Shown: in pieces, positions 33,180 through 39,501 of the stretch
How the letters are laid out: every line of letters starts with the position of its first letter
Position numbering within the stretch: the first letter of the stretch is position 1
Position numbers and translations under genes: made by a program
Virus record (IMG/VR): IMGVR_UViG_3300045988_098207
Strand: one strand, 5' to 3'
Source of the DNA: a virus
Length of the DNA stretch: 47,994 bases
Notes under the pieces: model-generated
The model's input: only the letters and a program-made list of their open reading frames with translations
What the model was told of the DNA's origin: nothing
Database searches by the model: none

Positions 33180-33440
33180 TTATTTGTAGTAGAAAGAAAA
33201 CTTGATACCTCTGCGGAGCTTGCAGACACAAACATCGTCCATGCATGCAAATGCTCTCTTCAAAAGTTTGTTCAGCATCTCAACGCCGATGAGAGCTATC
33301 GCTCCCGCAACGCCTACGAGCTTATGAACCTTGCGTCCCTGAGCGTCAACGCCGCTTACCTTGATGCGGAAGTTTCTGTTGATGTCCTTTGAACTGTAAA
33401 CGAGACCGTTCTTGTTATTGTTTGTTGAGACCTTAATCAT
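33180..33440 (-). CDS. Hypothetical protein (86 aa)
   Basis: ORF in the island. No motif recognised. Confidence 0.45.
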   Translation of the reverse strand: MIKVSTNNNKNGLVYSSKDINRNFRIKVSGVDAQGRKVHKLVGVAGAIALIGVEMLNKLLKRAFACMDDVCVCKLRRGIKFSFYYK

Positions 33441-33476
33441 TTTTCTTTCGTTTTGAGTGATACTTTCGTTTCTATT

Positions 33477-33599
33477 TTATTTGCTCCAACGCATTTTCAG
33501 AAGACGTTGAGTTTTTTCGTAATCGGCTTTTCTATAATCGCTCCACCCTTTCATATCAGGTTTCTTTGTATCTGCTTGTGATAATCTTAATCCGTTCAT
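33477..33599 (-). CDS. Small ORF (40 aa), uncertain; first ORF downstream of the minus-strand promoter
   Basis: MNGLRLSQADTKKPDMKGWSDYRKADYEKTQRLLKMRWSK. Confidence 0.25.
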   Translation of the reverse strand: MNGLRLSQADTKKPDMKGWSDYRKADYEKTQRLLKMRWSK

Positions 33600-33660
33600 T
33601 TTTTCTTTGAATTTGAATGTTAAACTTATGTTTGAATGTGATTACCTTGAAATTACGTTG

Positions 33661-33668
33661 CAAAGATA
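33661..33668 (-). promoter_or_regulatory. -7 promoter box TAtcTTTG (minus strand) driving the opposite-strand island
   Basis: caaagata on the plus strand, in the 33600-33876 divergent region. Confidence 0.45.
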
Positions 33669-33833
33669 AGTGAAGTATTTTGGAGATAACAAACCTTTCT
33701 CCGAGTATTTTTAACCAAACAGGTAAATTTAACCTTTATTAAGAGTAATCGCTCTAACCCCGTCCCTATATAGAAAAATTCCATATAACCAAACATTTTG
33801 TGGTTATTATGTAATCATTTCGAGAAAATATCG

Positions 33834-33841
33834 TATCTTTG
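33834..33841 (+). promoter_or_regulatory. -7 promoter box TAtcTTTG for the capsid/tail operon
   Basis: Exact TAnnTTTG match 36 nt upstream of ATG 33877, preceded by tgtaatcatttcgag. Confidence 0.45.
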
Positions 33842-33876
33842 TCGCAGTTTACCGTACAGTTAAATATTTCATAATT

Positions 33877-34584
33877 ATGAGAAAAGCAATTTTAGATGCG
33901 CTGAAAGCCAAATTTCAGGGGGTCAGCGAATCAGTCTTGAACAGGATTGCGGACAAACTCTGCAAGACTGTCACAACCGCTGAACAGGTTCAAACCGCCG
34001 TTGACGGGGTGACAATTCAGCAAGTAATCGAGGGCTACGCCGATAGCCGAGCAACAGAGGCTTCACAGACCGCCGTTCACACTTACGAACAGAAATACGG
34101 TCTCAAAGACGGCGCAAAGGTTGAACAGCCCTCAGGGGGCGGCGGCTCAGGTCAGGGCGGCGCACCCGTTCAAACACCACAAGGAGGGGGTACAGACCCC
34201 GTGCTGCTTCAAACGCTTCAATCGCTTCAAGAGAGCAACAAAAAGTTGTCTGAGCGTCTTGACCGTATGGACAGCGAGCGTACAACCTCATCACGCAAAC
34301 AGCAACTTTCAGGCATTATCGCCAAGTTGCCTGAGAACCTCAAAAAGGCATACGAGCGAACACCCGTTGACGGCTTGACCGATGAAGAGTTCAACACTCT
34401 CATCGGAGAGGTCACAACAGAGGTGGACGGCATTGTTCAGGCGACACAACAGAAAGGGGCTATCTTCGGTCGTCCGTCAGCCACGGGCGGCTCAGGTTCT
34501 CAGGGCGGAGAACTGACCCAAGAGCAAAAGGACGCTATCGCACATCGTGATAACAAACCCGCCTCAGGTGGTCAGCCGTTCTAA
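33877..34584 (+). CDS. Scaffolding protein candidate (235 aa)
   Basis: Helical/charged protein with Gly-rich linkers, positioned before the capsid genes. Confidence 0.45.
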   Translation: MRKAILDALKAKFQGVSESVLNRIADKLCKTVTTAEQVQTAVDGVTIQQVIEGYADSRATEASQTAVHTYEQKYGLKDGAKVEQPSGGGGSGQGGAPVQTPQGGGTDPVLLQTLQSLQESNKKLSERLDRMDSERTTSSRKQQLSGIIAKLPENLKKAYERTPVDGLTDEEFNTLIGEVTTEVDGIVQATQQKGAIFGRPSATGGSGSQGGELTQEQKDAIAHRDNKPASGGQPF

Positions 34585-34612
34585 TGTTTAACAATCAAAA
34601 CAACAAAGAAAA

Positions 34613-35188
34613 ATGGGCATGCAAGTAAACAGACGTAAGGACGTGAGAACACCCCGTGTCCTTATGCACCGTATCGCTGACATCAGAGGCGGCGTATCTG
34701 TCAAGGCTTCTGAGCTTGGTGGCGATTTCCTCTATGAGGGAGCTGTCCTGAGCGCAGCCGATGAAAAGGGTCTTTGTCACGTTGTGAAAATCGCTCAGGT
34801 TGTTGCAGAGGTCGGAGCGTCCGACAAGACAATCAAAGTGAAGAAAGGTCACAACTTCGCAAAGGGCGATTTCATCATGACAAAGGTCGGTGGCGTGGCT
34901 TATGACATCACAGCCATTGACACAGAGGGCAGCAAGACCTTTGACACAATCACAGTAAGCACCACCCTCGGTGCAATCTCAAAGGACGGGTTCATCATTG
35001 AGGCAAAAGCGAAGTCAACCGCCACAACCTCTGAACTGAAATACGTTCCTCAGTCAATCAACGGAACGGGCAAGCCGTACACTCCCAAGTCAAACCTTGA
35101 CACGGACGCTTGGCTTATCGCCGTAACAAAGGGCAACCCGCTTCCCGATTTCATCATGGCGTACCTCAAAGGTATCGTCAATTATTAA
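34613..35188 (+). CDS. Capsid accessory / head decoration candidate (191 aa)
   Basis: Position between the scaffold and major capsid genes (lambda D/E-like order). No motif verified. Confidence 0.35.
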   Translation: MGMQVNRRKDVRTPRVLMHRIADIRGGVSVKASELGGDFLYEGAVLSAADEKGLCHVVKIAQVVAEVGASDKTIKVKKGHNFAKGDFIMTKVGGVAYDITAIDTEGSKTFDTITVSTTLGAISKDGFIIEAKAKSTATTSELKYVPQSINGTGKPYTPKSNLDTDAWLIAVTKGNPLPDFIMAYLKGIVNY

Positions 35189-35210
35189 CAGTTAAAAGTT
35201 CATCATTTAT

Positions 35211-36302
35211 ATGGCAACAGTAGTAAATACTCTCATTCAGGGTCTTACCGAGCAGATGGTTCAGTCACGTTTGAACACGGCTGACGCAACGGGCTTTCTG
35301 TTCGGCACTTATTTCCCCGTGAAGAGAGTTCAGGGCTTCCAATGGAAGACCCTCTCAAATCAGCTTGCTAAGAAGAACGTAGCCGCCGACCTCCACACCG
35401 ATAACGGTTCAATTCTTCGCAAGCAGCGTCCTATCTTTGAGAGCGCAAGAGGAGATATTCCTTTCATCAGCATTTCCCGTGAGTTGAAACGCTCTGAGAT
35501 AAAAGAGTATCAGACCGCTCTCGCTTTCGCTCAGGATGAAGACGCAACAAAGCTCGTCCAATATTGGGGCGAAGACGTTGATTTCTGTTTCAACGGCGTT
35601 CAGTCAGAGTTGGAGTACATCGCATGGAAGCTCGCTTCCCGTGCGGGTCAGTTGGCTTTCACAACAACAACCAACGCAACATACGCCAATGAGTTCGACT
35701 TGGATTATGACGTTGACCCTGAGTTAAAAGTCAAGACAAGTCAGAGTTGGGGCAACGCCTCTTCTGCTGATATTCTCGGCGATTTCCGAACCGTTATAAA
35801 AATGGCAAAGGCAAAAGGCTTGAACCCGAAGTTCGCCTTTGTCAACCTTGACGAGTTCTATAAGATAGCATCGTCCGATCAGATTATCAAGGCTTGTGCG
35901 TCATTCGCTTCAAACGCCCTGAATATCTCTCAGACCCCTGACCTTACCACGGTCAACTCAATGCTCGCCCGCCAAGCATGGCTGAACGGCATTCAGTTGA
36001 AAGTCATTGACCAAACCATTACCCGTGAGTTCACTGACGGCTCTCAGGAATCAGGCAACCCATTTGAGGACTGCCGTTGCGTTCTCTCAGAAACAGAACG
36101 CCTTGGCACCACTCAGTATGACATCCTGACTGAGAACGAGAACCTGATTTTGCGTGCAGAGCGTGCCCACACAATCATCAAGAAGTACGGCACAATCGAA
36201 CCGAAGTCAGAGGTTACAATCGGTCAGGCAGACGCTGTGCCTGTCTTTGACACGGCTTACCGCAACATCTATATGAGAACAGACGGTAAGGATTGGGAAT
36301 AA
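35211..36302 (+). CDS. Major capsid protein
   Basis: 363 aa. Position and size fit, and the sequence resembles GpE-type major capsid proteins by eye. Confidence 0.7.
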   Translation: MATVVNTLIQGLTEQMVQSRLNTADATGFLFGTYFPVKRVQGFQWKTLSNQLAKKNVAADLHTDNGSILRKQRPIFESARGDIPFISISRELKRSEIKEYQTALAFAQDEDATKLVQYWGEDVDFCFNGVQSELEYIAWKLASRAGQLAFTTTTNATYANEFDLDYDVDPELKVKTSQSWGNASSADILGDFRTVIKMAKAKGLNPKFAFVNLDEFYKIASSDQIIKACASFASNALNISQTPDLTTVNSMLARQAWLNGIQLKVIDQTITREFTDGSQESGNPFEDCRCVLSETERLGTTQYDILTENENLILRAERAHTIIKKYGTIEPKSEVTIGQADAVPVFDTAYRNIYMRTDGKDWE

Positions 36303-36322
36303 ACATTTAACTGAGGCATAAT

Positions 36323-36655
36323 ATGGCAGCAACAGTTCTTGAAGCATTAAAAAGCATTACCGCTTACCCCGTTCCGCTTCGCACCCTCGTAGAGACTGCG
36401 GAGCGGCGGGGTCTTTCGCTTTCAGATGAAGCCACGCAAGAGACGCTGAAAGGCAAGGCGTTCAACCTCTCAAAGGCTGACACGCTTCTGTGGCTCTCTC
36501 TCGCCCCGAATGTCACTCAGGGCGGGCAATCATACTCTTTCACAGATGAACAGCGCACAGAGTTCAAAAACAGAGCCTATAAACTGTTCAACGAGTTTGA
36601 GGACGAGGCGGTAAAGCCCAAACCTATATACGGATATAAAGGTTCGCGATTATGA
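36323..36655 (+). CDS. Head-tail connector protein candidate (110 aa)
   Basis: Position after the capsid gene and small size. Confidence 0.4.
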   Translation: MAATVLEALKSITAYPVPLRTLVETAERRGLSLSDEATQETLKGKAFNLSKADTLLWLSLAPNVTQGGQSYSFTDEQRTEFKNRAYKLFNEFEDEAVKPKPIYGYKGSRL

Positions 36656-36981
36656 TAATAACCAACGGAACAATCGAAGTGAAGAGAAAGATGGCGGGCG
36701 GCATTGACCCTGAAACGGGTTTCCCCGTCAAGTCTTCTGAGGTCTCTTGGGGTAGCCCGATAGACTGTCAGTACACGGCAAACAAGTACAACAAGCTCGG
36801 CAAGGTCAATGGGGAACACTTCACGGTGGCGCAGTATTCAATTCTGATTGAAGAACAGCCGCTCGGGGAGTTTGACCAAATCAGGCTTACAGACAGTTTG
36901 ACGGGAAAGAGCCTCGGGGAGTTTTCTGTCATTCAGGTTGAGCCGTTGGAAGCCGTATGCGAATTGAGAATAATGGTCTAA
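36652..36981 (+). CDS. Head closure / head-tail adaptor candidate (109 aa)
   Basis: ATGA-coupled to the upstream gene. Position and size typical of the class. Confidence 0.4.
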   Translation: MIITNGTIEVKRKMAGGIDPETGFPVKSSEVSWGSPIDCQYTANKYNKLGKVNGEHFTVAQYSILIEEQPLGEFDQIRLTDSLTGKSLGEFSVIQVEPLEAVCELRIMV

Positions 36982-36984
36982 CGG

Positions 36985-37080
36985 CGATTGCGGCTCTATG
37001 TCGGCTTTACTTTTTCTGTGCTTATAATCCACCATGAAAAAGAGTAAACGCCACATACGTCAAATTCGCCAAAAATAACT
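36985..37080 (+). promoter_or_regulatory. Intergenic repeat element, full copy, ending 8 nt before ATG 37089
   Basis: 5' box cgattgcggctctatgtcggc (36985-37005) and 3' box acgccacatacgtcaaattcgccaaaaataact (37048-37080). The two halves fold into a long irregular hairpin (atgt-ggc-tttac-tttttc / gaaaaa-gtaaa-gcc-acat). Confidence 0.65.
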
Positions 37081-37088
37081 CAGAAACT

Positions 37089-37529
37089 ATGCCAATAAGA
37101 CAACTTACCCCCATGTCTGAGATTGACCGATACACAGAACAGGAGTTGAAAAGGCTTCAAACGGTTCTGATAAGGTCTTTGCAGTACTGCGGGGAACAGG
37201 TTCTGAATAAAGCCCGTTCGACCAATTCATATAAAGACCAAACGGGCAACCTGAGAAGTTCACTCGGCTATGTCGTTGCCGTGGACGGACGGGTTGTTTA
37301 TCAGTCAGACTTTCAGACCGTGAAACAGGGGCGGGACGGTTCAGAGAAAGGCGCAGCGTTCGCGAAGAAACTTGTCAGGCGTTTCCCTCACGGGGTCTGC
37401 CTGATAGTTGTTGCGGGAATGGAATACGCCGCTCACGTCAAGAACAAAGGCTACGATGTGCTTGACAGTTCAGAACTGCTTGCAGACAGAATTGTGCCGA
37501 GTATGCTGAAACAGCTTGGCTTCACTTAA
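37089..37529 (+). CDS. HK97 gp10-like tail-completion / neck protein
   Basis: ..KDQTGNLRSSLGYVV.. motif typical of the gp10 family, plus position. Confidence 0.55.
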   Translation: MPIRQLTPMSEIDRYTEQELKRLQTVLIRSLQYCGEQVLNKARSTNSYKDQTGNLRSSLGYVVAVDGRVVYQSDFQTVKQGRDGSEKGAAFAKKLVRRFPHGVCLIVVAGMEYAAHVKNKGYDVLDSSELLADRIVPSMLKQLGFT

Positions 37530-37544
37530 CATTAACAAGAGACA

Positions 37545-38057
37545 ATGGCAAAGACATCAAAACAAGTTCAAGGGGACGTGTACAGACTTCTGAAAGACAG
37601 CACCCTTTATTCGATGATTTCAGGTGAGGTTTACAGACAAGGCTACCGCCCTCGCGACAGCCGCCTTGAAGATGCCGTGGTTATATTCACAGCGGGTCTT
37701 CCTGACCAAATTCAGACGGGCGTGGTTACGGTTCACATCTATTGCCCTGACATTGACCCTTACGGGAACGGCGTGCTCGTTGAGGACGGTCAGCGCACAG
37801 AAGAACTTGAAGCCCTTGCGCAGCGTTGGGTTGACAGTCTTACGGCTGAGGTCTCTTGTTATAAGTTCAAGTTGCAGCAGACGATCTGCACAGACTATGC
37901 CGAAGACATCAATCAGCATTTTGTCGTTGTCTGTCTGAAATATAAGTATTTCGGCTCTGACGATGAAACGCTGAATATCCCTCAGGCGGCTGTTATTGTT
38001 ACCGAGGACGGCGATGTGCCGATAACGCAGCCTGTCATAAAGAAAAAGAATGTTTAA
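37545..38057 (+). CDS. Tail terminator / neck protein candidate (170 aa)
   Basis: Position immediately upstream of the major tail protein gene. Confidence 0.35.
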   Translation: MAKTSKQVQGDVYRLLKDSTLYSMISGEVYRQGYRPRDSRLEDAVVIFTAGLPDQIQTGVVTVHIYCPDIDPYGNGVLVEDGQRTEELEALAQRWVDSLTAEVSCYKFKLQQTICTDYAEDINQHFVVVCLKYKYFGSDDETLNIPQAAVIVTEDGDVPITQPVIKKKNV

Positions 38058-38075
38058 CAATTAAATTAAAAGATT

Positions 38076-38531
38076 ATGTCACAACTTTCATGGGGTAAGT
38101 GCACCATTGAGAAAGCTACCTCAACAAAAGGCACTCCCGCCGAGCAGTGGACAGCTATCGACACCCCTAAAGAGGATACAACGAAGCTGACCCCGACAGC
38201 GGGAACAAGTAAAGAAGCCACAGAAGAGGGTGGCGAGTTGGTGGATTCAAGAACAGGAAAAAACAAATTCACATTTGAATTTGACCTGTTCGTCAAAAAG
38301 GGCGGCACACGTCCGTTTGAAGACAATGACGGATTGATTGCGGGAGAGTGGGCTTTCCGTCTCACACCTGAGGACGAAGAGTGCGAGGGCATTCAGATTG
38401 ACCGCTCAACAGTCAGATGCGATGAGAGTTATTCAACGGCAGACGGTAAGTTGCTTCATTATGTTGCAACAGTTCTGAAACCCGCAACGGGCAAGAGCGT
38501 GAAGCCGTACACAAAGACTGCCTCCAAATGA
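38076..38531 (+). CDS. Major tail protein (151 aa)
   Basis: Position upstream of the chaperone and tape-measure genes. Size and composition fit siphophage tail tube proteins. Confidence 0.55.
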   Translation: MSQLSWGKCTIEKATSTKGTPAEQWTAIDTPKEDTTKLTPTAGTSKEATEEGGELVDSRTGKNKFTFEFDLFVKKGGTRPFEDNDGLIAGEWAFRLTPEDEECEGIQIDRSTVRCDESYSTADGKLLHYVATVLKPATGKSVKPYTKTASK

Positions 38532-38534
38532 CTG

Positions 38535-38624
38535 ATGGGCGTAAGGTTCTCAACCAACGGAGCTTTGCGCCTTACAAACGGAGGTTCGTTTCGGTTCAAT
38601 AACCTGAATGTTCATCTGCACTGA
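38535..38624 (+). CDS. 29-codon ORF in frame with the major tail protein gene, beyond its TGA (readthrough extension or separate micro-protein)
   Basis: MGVRFSTNGALRLTNGGSFRFNNLNVHLH carries three units of the h-R-(F/L)-x-x-x-G module found at the C-termini of the tail-tip proteins. The strong hairpin follows this ORF's stop, not the tail gene's stop. Confidence 0.3.
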   Translation: MGVRFSTNGALRLTNGGSFRFNNLNVHLH

Positions 38625-38660
38625 GGGAGCGTGGCGGTCAGGCGCAACCGCCCCTCCCTC
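38623..38660 (+). terminator. Strong GC-rich stem-loop after the tail-protein extension (terminator or RNA-stabilising hairpin; no U-tract)
   Basis: gagggag(38623-38629)/ctccctc(38654-38660) plus ggcggt(38633-38638)/accgcc(38647-38652). Confidence 0.5.
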
Positions 38661-38749
38661 TCCAAGGGTCAGAGGTCACAAAAGAAAGACGCTCACGGCG
38701 GTTCGTTGCCGCCATGACCCACTTATACATCAATAAAAGTTTTATAATC

Positions 38750-39292
38750 ATGGCAGAAGAAAAGACTATCGAACAAAAAGCCGCCGAGACCATTCTTCAA
38801 ACACCCGTTGAAGTCAAGGTCGGCAGCAAAACTTATATGACAGCCCCGCCAAGCACGGCAACGCTTATTCTCGCATCAGAGGCTGTTTCACGTTTGCCAC
38901 ACGTTGTTCTTGACCCGAAGAACGTTGTGGAAGAAAGCCTGTCAATCGCAAAAGATTGTCGGGCTTTAGGCGATATTGTCGCAATATTCATTCTCGGAGC
39001 AAAGAACCTGAAAGAAAAAGTCAAGGTTCAGAAGAACCGAGAGAAACGCTATCTGTGGGGGCTGTTCAAGCGTCAGGTCGTTGAAGAGGTTGAAGAAGTC
39101 ATAGACCGCAAGGCAGAACTCGCCCAAGAACTTCTTGAAGAACTCACGCCCGCTGAACTTTATGACCTCACGGTTACGGTTCTGCAAAGAATGAACCTGA
39201 CCGATTTTTTCGGTCTTACCACTTTCCTGATAGAAATAAATCTGATGCGGCAGACGAAAGTGGAAACAGAAGCGACAGCCCCTGGGCAATAA
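38750..39292 (+). CDS. Tail assembly chaperone (G-like)
   Basis: Position between the major tail and tape-measure genes. Contains the slippery heptamer. ATG 38750 preferred over 38714. Confidence 0.6.
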   Translation: MAEEKTIEQKAAETILQTPVEVKVGSKTYMTAPPSTATLILASEAVSRLPHVVLDPKNVVEESLSIAKDCRALGDIVAIFILGAKNLKEKVKVQKNREKRYLWGLFKRQVVEEVEEVIDRKAELAQELLEELTPAELYDLTVTVLQRMNLTDFFGLTTFLIEINLMRQTKVETEATAPGQ

Positions 39293-39501
39293 TCGCCGCA
39301 ACGGTCAAGGCTTACGGGCTGACCTTTGAAGAGGTTCTGTACAACATGAGTTATCCCAACCTGATATTGTATAACGCCGTTCTGCCGTCTTATAACACAA
39401 AAGACAAGTCAGACGGCTCAGGCTCAGGGCAAGAGGTAATCAAGGCTGACGACCCGAGAAATAAAGAACGAGTTAAACAATTCTTTGACAGTATCGAATA
39501 A
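38750..39501 (+). CDS. Tail assembly chaperone frameshift product (GT-like)
   Basis: The -1 frame after 39211 encodes ..RSYHFPDRNK..IAATVKAYGLTFEEVLYNMSYPNLILYNAVLPSYN..KERVKQFFDSIE and has no start codon of its own. Confidence 0.55.
39205..39211 (+). other. -1 programmed frameshift slippery heptamer T_TTT_TTC
   Basis: X_XXY_YYZ is in register with the chaperone frame (gat ttt ttc). The -1 frame is open from here to TAA 39499-39501, abutting the tape-measure ATG. Confidence 0.6.

Noticed and set aside
36838-37056. 72-aa minus-strand ORF spanning the 36985-37080 intergenic element
   Set aside because: It overlaps the end of a plus-strand gene and the conserved repeat element. The other copies of the element do not preserve any such reading frame.
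38695-38713. Small hairpin ggcgg-ttcgttg-ccgcc upstream of the chaperone gene, considered as a second terminator
   Set aside because: Only 5 bp, no U-tract, and redundant with the much stronger stem-loop at 38623-38660.
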